A stretch of 64,000 nucleotides of DNA, from positions 1 to 64,000 of the IMG/VR virus record IMGVR_UViG_3300011114_001049; one strand, given 5' to 3'. The translations under genes were made by a program, and so were the position numbers. The DNA is from a virus. Positions 46,235 through 56,314 of the stretch are shown here, piece by piece; the first letter of the stretch is position 1, and each line of letters opens with the position of its first letter. The notes under the pieces are model-generated. The model was not told where the DNA came from and did not search any database. It saw only the letters and a program-made list of their open reading frames with translations.

Positions 46235-46816
46235 ATGAAAAGATACGTTAAGCTTTTTGAAAGATATGTTAGAGAAAACGAAGAAATTGAGCAATTCGGT
46301 GACTCAGAATATATGCCTAGTGACGATATGTCTAATAACAATATATATGGCGATTATGACCAAGATGAAATGTCTAAACCTGAAGTTGTTGAACTTATCG
46401 CAAAATACTTTAAAACTAAAATACTACCTGAATTAGAGCCAGAAGAAAAGGCTGAATTAAAAGATATGGCAAGAGAAGCTACTCCTGAAATGACAGAAGA
46501 ATATCTTAATGAAGACTTGAGAGATAGATTTAAAAGTTTTAAAGAAAAGGCTATGATCGGTGGTGGACTTGCAACAATGGTAACAGGAATGATTACTGCT
46601 CTTGGTGAATTTACGGGTTACTCAGAATCTGAGTTAACTATGAGAATTCACGACTTCGTTGAAGGTTTTGGGGCAGGTCGATACTCAGGTCCGATAACTG
46701 TGGCAATGGTATTTGCAGGAATAACAATGGCGTTAAAAGGATATTCAGATAGAGCAAACAGATTAGATACTCCATATACAAAAGGTAAAGGTGGAAATGG
46801 ATTTAACTCGTATTGA
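46235..46816 (+). CDS. Hypothetical late protein with two hydrophobic segments (MKRYVKLFERYVRE)
   Basis: Late promoter at about 46207; architecture like 10946-11449. Confidence 0.75.
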   Translation: MKRYVKLFERYVRENEEIEQFGDSEYMPSDDMSNNNIYGDYDQDEMSKPEVVELIAKYFKTKILPELEPEEKAELKDMAREATPEMTEEYLNEDLRDRFKSFKEKAMIGGGLATMVTGMITALGEFTGYSESELTMRIHDFVEGFGAGRYSGPITVAMVFAGITMALKGYSDRANRLDTPYTKGKGGNGFNSY

Positions 46817-46852
46817 GTTAGATAAGATAAAGGCTTGTATTTTAAGATTTTA

Positions 46853-47380
46853 TCATCCTTGAGTTTCTAGGTATTTCTTAAACCCTGTGCAAGCTTTAAC
46901 GATTTCTCCGTTGTTGCTTAAATCTCCAACTATGTAATCAAGACTACCCTCGTCGTCGCTTGCAAATGCAGCACCAATGACAAATTCTGAACCGTTGTAA
47001 GCAAGCTCACTATAGTCTAACATGGAGTTAAGGTAGTACTCAGTGTCTGCCACGGGTATTAGTAATTCGTTCATAAAGTTAGAACTGTCAATCTCTGTGT
47101 TGTTAACGTCAAGTTCTACACCGCATCTTTTGAATGCATCAGCAACATACTCAAGAAAAGGCGGTAAGTCTTTCTTAATAATTCCAGTAAGTGGAACAGG
47201 CTTAGCTTTCTTCATTGCTTCAACCGCAACTACTTCTACTTCCTTGTCTTCCATGTCCTCGACATTCTTACTGGTTCCGCTTAGCAGTTGTGCACCTACA
47301 TCCCATAAATCTGCGTCTCTGCCATTGTTGTAATTGATGCCCTCATTGATATTTGAGAAGTACTCGTTGATGTTTTTCAT
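46853..47380 (-). CDS. Acidic hypothetical protein (MKNINEYFSNINE)
   Basis: 175-aa ORF. Confidence 0.7.
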   Translation of the reverse strand: MKNINEYFSNINEGINYNNGRDADLWDVGAQLLSGTSKNVEDMEDKEVEVVAVEAMKKAKPVPLTGIIKKDLPPFLEYVADAFKRCGVELDVNNTEIDSSNFMNELLIPVADTEYYLNSMLDYSELAYNGSEFVIGAAFASDDEGSLDYIVGDLSNNGEIVKACTGFKKYLETQG

Positions 47381-47440
47381 ATTATCTTTGTTTTTCTTTT
47401 AATTATTTTGCTAATGAATAGATTAGATTATAGATATACA

Positions 47441-47469
47441 GAAAAACCCCTTTATTCAAGGGGTTTTTT
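47441..47469. terminator. Hairpin terminator with A/T runs on both sides
   Basis: AAAAACCCCTT-TATTC-AAGGGGTTTTT. Confidence 0.7.
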
Positions 47470-47790
47470 ATTTTCCTTTAGATAGTCTTCTAAAATTTTT
47501 ACAATTTCATCAATCTCATATCTAGCTTCATCACTAACCAATTTAAAATTTTTGTATTTGAAAAGAAATAACCAAAAGAATGCAAAGTGAATTAAGAGCA
47601 TAAGAAATAAGGTAGCTATTGTGATTCCCAACATACATAAGACGGGTACTCCAAACGTTATTAGGTAAAACACAAAATTAAAAATTTCTGTATTAGCAAT
47701 AGATAAAAACTTATATTGCCAAATCACCCTTTTTAATTTGTTTGGCGGTAAGTCTTTATGTAAGTCAGCTTCTTCTTTGATTTTAGACAT
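47452..47790 (-). CDS. Two-TM membrane protein
   Basis: Start reassigned to MSKIKEE. Confidence 0.65.
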   Translation of the reverse strand: MSKIKEEADLHKDLPPNKLKRVIWQYKFLSIANTEIFNFVFYLITFGVPVLCMLGITIATLFLMLLIHFAFFWLFLFKYKNFKLVSDEARYEIDEIVKILEDYLKENKKPLE

Positions 47791-47980
47791 AATCGTAGTT
47801 TTTAATAATATTATTATACTAAATAGAAGCAATTAGTTAAATAATTACTCCACTTAAAACCCAACAAATAGTTCTTAGTTAAATATAGTTAGAGCCTGAC
47901 ACTAGTCGGCGCTGAGTCCTTTGGGCTTTTGAGTTGTCTTAGGCAGCAATAGCGTCGGCCATAAAAAAACAAGGTAAAAT

Positions 47981-48748
47981 ATGTACACATCAAATTCAAC
48001 TGCGTCTAACTCGACGCCCACTGCTAATATTGCAGTAAATCGAAATCGCCTTAAGCATTACACAGGCGATCTAGTCTATTTAAAGGATGGAACTCATTTT
48101 GAAATAGAACTATACAACCCAAAAACCTTCAAGGTCCTGGCTAAAATCTTAGTCAACGGCATAAACGTCTCCGCTGCAGGCATAGTCATTAGGCCTGGAG
48201 AAAGAGTCTTTTTAGAAAGATGGCTGGACAAGTCTAATAAGTTTCTATTTGAGACTTATGAAGTAGACGATTCTCTAGAGTCTAGAGAAGCAATAGCTCA
48301 AAACGGTAAAGTAATAGTTGAGTTCTACGATGAAGTTCAACAAGTAAGCCAGTTCAATCTAGTTGGTCCAAGCACGACTGTAAACTCGCTCCTCTTAACT
48401 GACTCTCCGACTTGGACAACTAATCCTGTCTATACGGGCACGACTAGCACTCCGTCTTTTGGAGGAACTACTGTAAATTATTCTACTCAAACGATTGGTG
48501 CAAACGCAAGTATAGCAGGTAGTTTGGAAACAGGTAGGGTCGAGAGCGGAGAATCTTCAACTCAAGAATTCTCATCAGACTTTACAGGCTTTAACTATTG
48601 GATAAATCACAAAGTAGGAATAACTCTCCTACCTGAATCACAAAAGCAGGTAGAAGTAAATGAGATTCGAAACTATTGTACTGAATGCGGAACCAGAATG
48701 AAGGCAAAGAGCTGGAAGTTCTGTCCTACATGCGGCACAAAAATATAA
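47981..48748 (+). CDS. Hypothetical protein with C-terminal zinc ribbon
   Basis: CTECG...KFCPTCG; terminator at about 48770-48796. Confidence 0.75.
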   Translation: MYTSNSTASNSTPTANIAVNRNRLKHYTGDLVYLKDGTHFEIELYNPKTFKVLAKILVNGINVSAAGIVIRPGERVFLERWLDKSNKFLFETYEVDDSLESREAIAQNGKVIVEFYDEVQQVSQFNLVGPSTTVNSLLLTDSPTWTTNPVYTGTTSTPSFGGTTVNYSTQTIGANASIAGSLETGRVESGESSTQEFSSDFTGFNYWINHKVGITLLPESQKQVEVNEIRNYCTECGTRMKAKSWKFCPTCGTKI

Positions 48749-48820
48749 ATTTTAAAATCAGGCTCTACTGAAGGATCTCTAGTGAGGTCCTTTTTTGTTT
48801 AGGTAGAGATAAATAAATTC

Positions 48821-50164
48821 ATGAAGCATGTTGCACTATTTGAAAGCTGGATGAGAGAGGAAACGATCATACTTACCTCAAGACAAGGTAGAACGATTAG
48901 AGTAAAGTCTGTCCACGGTAAGATCGAAGAGATCGATAACGAAGCAGAAATAAGATTTCCTTTTGTGACAGGTCAGCCAATCACAGTCTTGATGAAGAGT
49001 TGGGCCTGTACTAACGGTTTCAAGTGGAACGGTAAAAGTGTTTGTCCAGAAGAAAAAGTATTCGGTATACACAAGAAAGATATTCCGATGGGTCACGAGT
49101 TAAGAATGATGTTTCCTAATAAGTTTAGAAATGAATCGCTAGATAGTATGTCGCTATTAGAAATTTCAAATGGAGCCATTCCTGATAGTGAGCTGACTGT
49201 ACTTAACAAGCCTACTGGAGAAAAAGGCGATTCTAAAGTAAGATTAAATTCTAAAGCAGCTATTGATTTTAATAATATGGTTGCTGCTGCTAGACTAGAA
49301 GGTGTTAATATTGAAGTTAGTCAAGGTTATAGAGACTTGGGTAGTAAAGAGAGAGGTTGTGCTGATGGTTTTACTCAATGGTGTGCTTGGAATAAGTATA
49401 AGTCAGGAACGGGTAATTTAGCAGCTAGACCAGGAACATCTAATCACGGTAAAGGAAGTGCAGTTGATGTAAAAAATTGTAGAAAGGGAGGAGCTGTGCA
49501 CAACTGGTTGAAAATAAACGCTTCTAAGTTTAATTTTAGACCGCTTGCTAGTGAAGCTTGGCACTGGGACCATTCATCAAGTCGTGAAAGTATTATATCT
49601 TCGCTTGACGTGAGTAATACATCTTCACCAGGGAGCGATACTCAATTTACAAATTCTAAAAAATTACCTGAAAAAATTAAATCTTCAATAGATAAACTAA
49701 AAACAAAGTACGGTATTGACATTACTCAATCACACATTGATAAAGAATTTAAACAAGAAGGTGATATACAACCAGATAACGGTAGAGTTGATAGTGAAGC
49801 TAAGAAAAACATTGAAAAATTAATAAAAGATTGTAAAGTATTAAACCCTAACGTTAGGTTTCCTGTAGACATTGTTTCTGATTATAGAAGTTATGATGAC
49901 CAAGTAGATAATTTTGGAACAAAGGCTAAAACAAGAGGCGTTGATGACACACAAAAGTATAACACAATTCCTGGTTTTTCTCAACACCACACAGGAAAGG
50001 CTTTTGATATATTTAGTACTGAACCTACTTGGTGGGATACAAATTTAGAAGTTAAAAATTGGGTTGCAGATAATTGTAAAAAATATGGGTTTAAGGTAAC
50101 TTACACAGTTGATGGTGTAATTAGAAAAAAAGAGCCTTGGCATCTATTTTATGTTGGTAGTTAA
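48821..50164 (+). CDS. Tandem M15 (VanY-like) peptidoglycan peptidase
   Basis: Two sets of motifs: YR...SNHGKGSAVD...EAWHW and YR...SQHHTGKAFD...EPWHL. Confidence 0.85.
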   Translation: MKHVALFESWMREETIILTSRQGRTIRVKSVHGKIEEIDNEAEIRFPFVTGQPITVLMKSWACTNGFKWNGKSVCPEEKVFGIHKKDIPMGHELRMMFPNKFRNESLDSMSLLEISNGAIPDSELTVLNKPTGEKGDSKVRLNSKAAIDFNNMVAAARLEGVNIEVSQGYRDLGSKERGCADGFTQWCAWNKYKSGTGNLAARPGTSNHGKGSAVDVKNCRKGGAVHNWLKINASKFNFRPLASEAWHWDHSSSRESIISSLDVSNTSSPGSDTQFTNSKKLPEKIKSSIDKLKTKYGIDITQSHIDKEFKQEGDIQPDNGRVDSEAKKNIEKLIKDCKVLNPNVRFPVDIVSDYRSYDDQVDNFGTKAKTRGVDDTQKYNTIPGFSQHHTGKAFDIFSTEPTWWDTNLEVKNWVADNCKKYGFKVTYTVDGVIRKKEPWHLFYVGS

Positions 50165-50198
50165 TTAACTGATCTAACCCTAATTTTGAAAAGAGAAG

Positions 50199-51422
50199 TT
50201 AAAGAGCTAGCCAATCTTTGAAACTTAATGCCTTATTCTCAACAACTTGTTCCTTTCTCCTAAAAATATCAGCCGCTCGTACAGCATCAATAGCTTCTTT
50301 TGAAATCCAATTCTCAGTCTTAAAGTATGGATAATTAGACTTAGTTGAGTCGATTGCAATCTCAGAAACAAGACCAGTATTTATGACATATGCACCTTTG
50401 CCAGTCTCTTTGGCTAAACTAACAGTGTCTCCTTTCTTGATTATTCTCCGGTTTGAAGGCCTAGGTGCATTAAATGCTGCTTCAGCTGCGGTCCCATCAG
50501 GTTTAGTGGTTAACCAATAAACCCATTTGTCTCCTACTTCTAACCATATCTCGTTACCTGTGATTCCTTTAACTAGATTAGATGTTAGAACAGGTAGAGC
50601 TCCCCATACTCCAAACTTCTCGTTTCTTTCCATGAACCACGTTCTATTTGAGACAGTCATTTGCTTTGAAGCCTCAACCCTTACACCAAAGTCACCAGAT
50701 CTAAACTCAGTATCAATATCAGCAGCAACCCTCTCAGTAAACTCTTTTATTTTGTCAGTGGTCTGTTTACGAAAATCTTCTGGTGACGATAGATCTAAAC
50801 TTAATAATCCTCTACGTGCAACATCTGTCGATACTTGATGAGCAGACTTTATCTCGCTCGTTAAACTAAAGTCAATTCCTGATACTCTAGATAGCCTAGC
50901 AAGTTCTGCTTCCCTAGACGAGACTAGGTGTTTTATTGATCGATCTATTATTGTATCTAACTGACTGCTGTTTCTGCCGTCGCTATTATGTAACAAGATA
51001 GTCTGTACGTCAGTTCCAATCGTTACTATCCAAAAATTAGTACCTTCGCGAGTGACTGTCTTATCTAGATCAGATCTTTCATATACTGAAAATACTGGAG
51101 TTGCTTTAGTACCGTCAGGTAGGATAACTTGAGGCCTAGCCATCAAGACAAGACCAATCTTTGTAGGTTCGATTGTAGTTTCCCTAAAGAGCACACTCTC
51201 AGCAGGTTCAGCTAAAGTAGACAAAGTTTTCCTAAAGAAATATTCTATTTGACTAGTAGTTTCTTCGTCCAATTTAACAAACGTCTGTGATTTTCCAGTC
51301 TGTACTCCAATAACTTTAAGATTAGCTAATCGCCGGTCTGCTCTTTCTAAAAAATGCGCGCCTTTATCTGAGTCCTTTAGTGAAAGTGCCTCAGTAAGGA
51401 ACTGATCAAAGCTTTTTATCAT
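50199..51422 (-). CDS. Hypothetical late protein (MIKSFDQFLTE)
   Basis: 407 aa, late promoter at about 51440. Confidence 0.75.
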   Translation of the reverse strand: MIKSFDQFLTEALSLKDSDKGAHFLERADRRLANLKVIGVQTGKSQTFVKLDEETTSQIEYFFRKTLSTLAEPAESVLFRETTIEPTKIGLVLMARPQVILPDGTKATPVFSVYERSDLDKTVTREGTNFWIVTIGTDVQTILLHNSDGRNSSQLDTIIDRSIKHLVSSREAELARLSRVSGIDFSLTSEIKSAHQVSTDVARRGLLSLDLSSPEDFRKQTTDKIKEFTERVAADIDTEFRSGDFGVRVEASKQMTVSNRTWFMERNEKFGVWGALPVLTSNLVKGITGNEIWLEVGDKWVYWLTTKPDGTAAEAAFNAPRPSNRRIIKKGDTVSLAKETGKGAYVINTGLVSEIAIDSTKSNYPYFKTENWISKEAIDAVRAADIFRRKEQVVENKALSFKDWLAL

Positions 51423-51516
51423 TAACTGAATAATTTAGATTATTTATCTAACCTGTTCTGTCCTTAATTCTAAACCGTAAGTAAAGATAAAAATCTGGTT
51501 GGGATAAATAATAAAA

Positions 51517-51963
51517 ATGAAGAAGTTAAAGTTTATATTAGAAAGCAGAGAATACTTTGCAATAGATGGTATCGAGTGGAAAGACATCAAATTTGTCACG
51601 ACTGGTAAGGACGACAACCTGATGTATCTTGGAGTCATCCTACCTGGGGACAGCGAGCCCTTAGAAGGATTAGAACTGACTATTCAAGTAGTAATGAATG
51701 CTCTGTATCAGCCTCATATAAGTCTTCCTGAGGAGCTTAGAGGTAAGGGCTTGACAGTTAAGATATATCGAGCACTAGTTGAAAGGCTCGGTCATCTATA
51801 TTCAGGTAAAGGGCGCAGACAAAACCCAATGATAGATAGAGTTTGGGTAAAGCTTAAGATGGATCCTACTATACGCTGTGCTGAGAATTCAATAGGCACT
51901 GCATGCTGGTTACCAGATGACGAACTTGGAACTTCTCTTGAAGATTTTCTTGGGGATGAATAA
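51517..51963 (+). CDS. Hypothetical protein, possibly GNAT-like
   Basis: LPEELRGKGL..KIY resembles an acetyl-CoA binding loop. Confidence 0.55.
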   Translation: MKKLKFILESREYFAIDGIEWKDIKFVTTGKDDNLMYLGVILPGDSEPLEGLELTIQVVMNALYQPHISLPEELRGKGLTVKIYRALVERLGHLYSGKGRRQNPMIDRVWVKLKMDPTIRCAENSIGTACWLPDDELGTSLEDFLGDE

Positions 51964-51976
51964 ATAAAAGAAAAAG

Positions 51977-52255
51977 ATGAAAAGATATTTTTTAGGTTGG
52001 GAAAACATTAAATGGATAATAAGAGAACTTGGAAAAATGTATTCTTCAACGATTTCATTCTTTTCTAAGAAGAGAATTGAATCAGGCTTAGCTTTTATTA
52101 TTGGCCAATGGGGAATGATTTTTTTTATGTTAGAGAATCACTCTAACATGTCAACGTCAGATCTAGTATTATGGACAAGCGTTGAATTTTTAATTGCTGG
52201 TTATACAACTCACCATATTCAAAAGGAAAAGAGAGAAAAAGAAAACGAAGGATGA
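51977..52255 (+). CDS. Small two-TM protein, holin-like
   Basis: SKKR then 2 TM and a charged tail; adjacent to lysozyme. Confidence 0.5.
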   Translation: MKRYFLGWENIKWIIRELGKMYSSTISFFSKKRIESGLAFIIGQWGMIFFMLENHSNMSTSDLVLWTSVEFLIAGYTTHHIQKEKREKENEG

Positions 52256-52818
52256 AACACATATTAGAAAGAAGGGAATGGACTAGGTTAAACGAGACGT
52301 ATTTTAGCAAAGGCTCTGCTTTTGAGAAATCAAAAGAAAAAGCTATTGCTATAATGAGTAAGCTTTCAGACAAAGGGCTATCGCCTGTTGCAGCGGCAGC
52401 TGTTGTCGGTAACATGTTTAAAGAATCAGTATTCGACCCAAATGCAAGATCACCAGACGGAGGGTATGTTGGCTTATGCCAATGGGGAGGACCTCGTAAG
52501 GCTAAGCTAATGGCTAAACCCAAGTGGAACACCGTCGATACTCAAATAGATTTTATAATGGATGAGCTTGCTACACTGACTTACTTCGATAAAGCAACGC
52601 AAAAGAAAGTTCTAATTAAGGATGCAATAACTAATGCTGCTACTCCGGAAAAGGCTGCTGAGCTTTTTGCTAGGCGATATGAAGTATGTGCTGACCCTAC
52701 TTCTGAAAAAAGGATAAATGGTGCAAAGGAGATACACGATATTTATGTGTCGCAGATCGCTGCATTTACTGGGCCAGACAGCAGTGCAGACGCTATGTTA
52801 GACGAACCCGTTCCTTAG
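52252..52818 (+). CDS. Phage tail-type lysozyme
   Basis: AAAAVVGNMFKES..DP, GLCQW...R, QIDFIMDEL, AAELF...YE. Confidence 0.85.
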   Translation: MKHILERREWTRLNETYFSKGSAFEKSKEKAIAIMSKLSDKGLSPVAAAAVVGNMFKESVFDPNARSPDGGYVGLCQWGGPRKAKLMAKPKWNTVDTQIDFIMDELATLTYFDKATQKKVLIKDAITNAATPEKAAELFARRYEVCADPTSEKRINGAKEIHDIYVSQIAAFTGPDSSADAMLDEPVP

Positions 52819-53023
52819 ATAAAGGTTTATTCCTTTTATAGGGAGAATAATATCTTTCCTCTAGGTATTCCAAAACATCGATAGGTAATGGCAGCTCAGT
52901 AGTCTCAACCGACCACTTCAATACTTCTGCCTTAATTTCTTCCCAGTTTGTCGGGAATGGCAAATCATCTTGTGTATCCAATATGTTATTTTTTAGAGTG
53001 TTCAACTTTACTGTATGCATCAC
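52793..53023 (-). CDS. Hypothetical protein
   Basis: 76-aa ORF. Confidence 0.5.
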   Translation of the reverse strand: MMHTVKLNTLKNNILDTQDDLPFPTNWEEIKAEVLKWSVETTELPLPIDVLEYLEERYYSPYKRNKPLSKERVRLT

Positions 53024-53140
53024 AGCCTGCTTGTTTACTTGACTTACAACTAATTAGTACAATCAGTATGAGCATTAGCGTTATAGCTTTCATAGCCTTT
53101 ATCATTATTTTTTTATTAAAATACAATAATTTAAAACAAA

Positions 53141-53536
53141 CTAAAAATCATAGTCGGAAAAGTCAATTCTTCCTTGTACAGAGTCTAGTGCATCTCTTAG
53201 GTTTGTATGTAGAGCAGTGAGCCAATGAAATGGAGTCTTGTTATTATTCTTGACTACGCTAATTCTTCCTGGAGAATTTAAGTTTAGCGTTTCTCTTAGG
53301 GAAGATTCGTCTCTCCAACTTATCTTATCACCTTTTAATCTTCCATCATTCCATTCAATACGATAGAATACATCAGATAGAAACATCATCTCAGCTCCGG
53401 GTCTAACTTCTATTGAATTCAAAACGTGTGCAGCATAAAGAGGTCGACTGCCTTTTTTAGGTTTTCCTTTTATTAAAACAATCGCATTATGCTGAACTGC
53501 TTCCAATAACTCATCGAATGATATTATGTGTTTCAT
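53141..53536 (-). CDS. Hypothetical late protein (MKHIISFDELLE)
   Basis: Late promoter at about 53544. Confidence 0.7.
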   Translation of the reverse strand: MKHIISFDELLEAVQHNAIVLIKGKPKKGSRPLYAAHVLNSIEVRPGAEMMFLSDVFYRIEWNDGRLKGDKISWRDESSLRETLNLNSPGRISVVKNNNKTPFHWLTALHTNLRDALDSVQGRIDFSDYDF

Positions 53537-53581
53537 ACTAGTTTATTTATTAGAGAGGATAAATAAAACAAAAGATTTGCG

Positions 53582-54346
53582 TTGAGTAGAGCAGTAAGTT
53601 TTAGAAATTTTTTATTAGAAGATTTTGAATATCACAAGGAGCTTTGTCCTAAGGTTTGGGAAGCATCTGAAAAGACTGGTGGGCAGTTTAGGATAAAACC
53701 TGAAATCAGAGAAAAATTGATGGCGATAGCTAGTGACTTTTGGAAATCTCTAAAACTTGAAGTCAAAGCAGTAGACGTTCAGCTGACTGGCTCTTTGGCT
53801 AACTATAATTGGACAAATGCTTCTGACTTAGACGTACACATCATAGTTGATTTTGCAGAGGTAAACCAAGACATTGAATTGGTTAGAAAAGCATTAGACG
53901 GACAGCGTTTTGTCTGGAATCTAAGACACCCAGTAGTCATCGAAGGTCATGATGTTGAGTGTTATGTTCAGCATACTGAAGCACAACACAAAGCATCGGG
54001 TCTCTATTCTTTATTAAGGGATAGGTGGATAATTGTACCGTTTTACAGTCCTCCAAATGTAGATGAACGGGATGTTAAAGAGAAAACTAGAGTAATAGTA
54101 AAGGAGGTTAATGAGATAGAGAATAGATCTAAATCAACAGCTGGTAAAGATGCTAGAGAACTTTTAGATTACTTAGAAAGGCTTAAGGCAAAGATAATGG
54201 CAGATCGTAAATTTGGATTATATGACACTATTTCTGGAGAGTATTCAGTAGAAAACCTAGTTTTTAAAGAGCTTAGAAAGAATGGGACGATTGAAAAGAT
54301 AATAGATTTAGCTTCTAATTTATATTCTAAGATTTATTATGAATAA
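53582..54346 (+). CDS. Pol-beta superfamily nucleotidyltransferase
   Basis: LTGSLANYNW...SDLDVHII and later VECY; late promoter at about 53559. Confidence 0.8.
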   Translation: MSRAVSFRNFLLEDFEYHKELCPKVWEASEKTGGQFRIKPEIREKLMAIASDFWKSLKLEVKAVDVQLTGSLANYNWTNASDLDVHIIVDFAEVNQDIELVRKALDGQRFVWNLRHPVVIEGHDVECYVQHTEAQHKASGLYSLLRDRWIIVPFYSPPNVDERDVKEKTRVIVKEVNEIENRSKSTAGKDARELLDYLERLKAKIMADRKFGLYDTISGEYSVENLVFKELRKNGTIEKIIDLASNLYSKIYYE

Positions 54347-54366
54347 ATAAAAAAAAAATACAACAC

Positions 54367-55086
54367 ATGTATAAATATTTTGACTTTAAAAAGATATTTG
54401 AAGACGACGGTTCGATGATGCCACCTGAGCCAAGCACAACTGTCTCTGCACCTGAAGAGTTCTACGTAAATCTTAAGGAAATTAACAAAACTAGTAAATT
54501 ACATATTCTTCTTAAAGGGACTGATGTAGATATTTTGAAGACACAAGGATCATTAACAACGACTGCTGAGTTCAAGAAAATTGGTAATGAGACGATGATC
54601 AACCCTGTACAAATTATTCTATTCAATGCAGACGCAGGTAAAAATATTCCTGAAGCGACAGGTAATGTCTTAATCCTAACACTAACTAACGAAATAATGA
54701 CTAGAGTGTTAGAAGGAATAGACGGTGGAAATACAATAGAAGAGGAGATCGCTGCACCAAATGAACAGCTAGGTGGAGAAAGGATAAAAGTATCATTTAC
54801 TAGAGAAATTGATGTTACTAATGTTAAGTCTGGCGAGATTGTATCTCCAGTAGCAGATACAGATATTCTTCCAGCAGAAGCAGAGGCAATGACGACTATG
54901 GAGGCTATGCCCGAATCAATAGGCCGACTTTTAAAGTTTAATGAGTTTGTAAATGAGAGCAAGAAGAAAGAGAAGATGATGCTTGATACTAAAGTAAAGA
55001 GTATACCAACAAAGAAGAAAAAACCAGAAGCTGATGAAATTGCTAAAGAGCTAAAGAAGCTCGAAGGTAAGCTTGTTAAAAAATAA
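54367..55086 (+). CDS. Hypothetical late protein
   Basis: 239 aa, internal LLKFNEFVNE. Confidence 0.7.
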   Translation: MYKYFDFKKIFEDDGSMMPPEPSTTVSAPEEFYVNLKEINKTSKLHILLKGTDVDILKTQGSLTTTAEFKKIGNETMINPVQIILFNADAGKNIPEATGNVLILTLTNEIMTRVLEGIDGGNTIEEEIAAPNEQLGGERIKVSFTREIDVTNVKSGEIVSPVADTDILPAEAEAMTTMEAMPESIGRLLKFNEFVNESKKKEKMMLDTKVKSIPTKKKKPEADEIAKELKKLEGKLVKK

Positions 55087-55093
55087 AAAAGAA

Positions 55094-55792
55094 ATGAGAC
55101 TAAACGAATGTTCATGTGGCTGCGGTAAAACTGAAGAGTGCAAAGAAGAATTAAGCAACTATATGTTTACTGCAAACTTATATACAATTAAACGCACAGT
55201 CGATACTTTACTAGAAATGGACCAAGCTGCAATTGATCGAGTATTAACTAATGGTCATGATTGGGCATCAGATCATATCTCTACAGCAAAAGATGATCTA
55301 CAAGAGGTCTCTGAGTTTTTTATCAATGAATTAGGTAGAGAATCATCAGTAAGAATGATGGGATCAGACCCTAGACTAGCTGACAATATAGCAATAAAGA
55401 CATTTGAAAGCTTTTTAAATGAGGGCAAGAAGAAAAAAGACAATGATGAAGATGGCGATACTGACTTTGCTGACGCTAAAATTGCTCAATATATTGCAGG
55501 CGGAATGTCAAAGGCTGAAGCAATCAAGAAGTCTAGAAAGTTCAATAAGTCAGTAAAAGAGGGATTTTGGAATAGATGGACAAAGCCTTCTATTGATCAA
55601 GCTGCTTCAGATTCAGTAAAAGGTCAAGGATACAGCCACCGAGGTAACGATGATGATGCTGAATACATTATGTTTGATGGTGAAAGATTCAGCCAAGACC
55701 AAATTGAATACGCCGACTATCATGACACTGGTCGACTTCCTAGAGTTGAAGACAGTATGTTAATTATTGCTAATCCAAACTGGAGTCTTTAA
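55094..55792 (+). CDS. Hypothetical late protein
   Basis: MRLNECSCGCG; HDWASDHIS; EF-hand-like DNDEDGDTDFAD. Confidence 0.7.
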   Translation: MRLNECSCGCGKTEECKEELSNYMFTANLYTIKRTVDTLLEMDQAAIDRVLTNGHDWASDHISTAKDDLQEVSEFFINELGRESSVRMMGSDPRLADNIAIKTFESFLNEGKKKKDNDEDGDTDFADAKIAQYIAGGMSKAEAIKKSRKFNKSVKEGFWNRWTKPSIDQAASDSVKGQGYSHRGNDDDAEYIMFDGERFSQDQIEYADYHDTGRLPRVEDSMLIIANPNWSL

Positions 55793-55818
55793 TCTAAAAC
55801 TTATTTTAGGTTGTATAT

Positions 55819-56037
55819 TTAACTGTTAATTCTTCTAACTGCTTTTATTTTTTCTAGAAGACCATAATCATAATGATCAAAATTAGAAGTATTCCTAACC
55901 ATAATTTTTAAAAAGATCGGTAACTCATCAGTTTCTTCTGGTAAAATTGTAGTGTATCCCTTACCTACTTCATTTCCTTCGGAATCAAGTAGAATAGTAT
56001 CAAGATCAAAACCTAAAACACTTGTTATTTCGTTCAT
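55819..56037 (-). CDS. Hypothetical protein
   Basis: 72-aa ORF. Confidence 0.6.
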   Translation of the reverse strand: MNEITSVLGFDLDTILLDSEGNEVGKGYTTILPEETDELPIFLKIMVRNTSNFDHYDYGLLEKIKAVRRINS

Positions 56038-56039
56038 AT

Positions 56040-56258
56040 CTATTTTTTTATTTTATATAAGCATTCATCTTTGTGCCAAATTTCAGCAACGCCGGCATGT
56101 TTTTTAGCTTTTTCAGAGTATGCTTTTACTGATTTTATTTTATCATAAATTAATATTTTACCATTTTTCATGATTATTTTAATAGTCTCTCCTCCTTCTT
56201 CTAAGCTAAGATCGTTTGATCTAAAGTCATCAGTCACTCTAAGTTCTTTATTATTCAT
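56040..56258 (-). CDS. Hypothetical protein
   Basis: 72-aa ORF. Confidence 0.6.
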   Translation of the reverse strand: MNNKELRVTDDFRSNDLSLEEGGETIKIIMKNGKILIYDKIKSVKAYSEKAKKHAGVAEIWHKDECLYKIKK

Positions 56259-56314
56259 GTTATTTTTATTTTTAAGTTATCTGTTTAGATAAATAACTTA
56301 AATAATTATACAAA

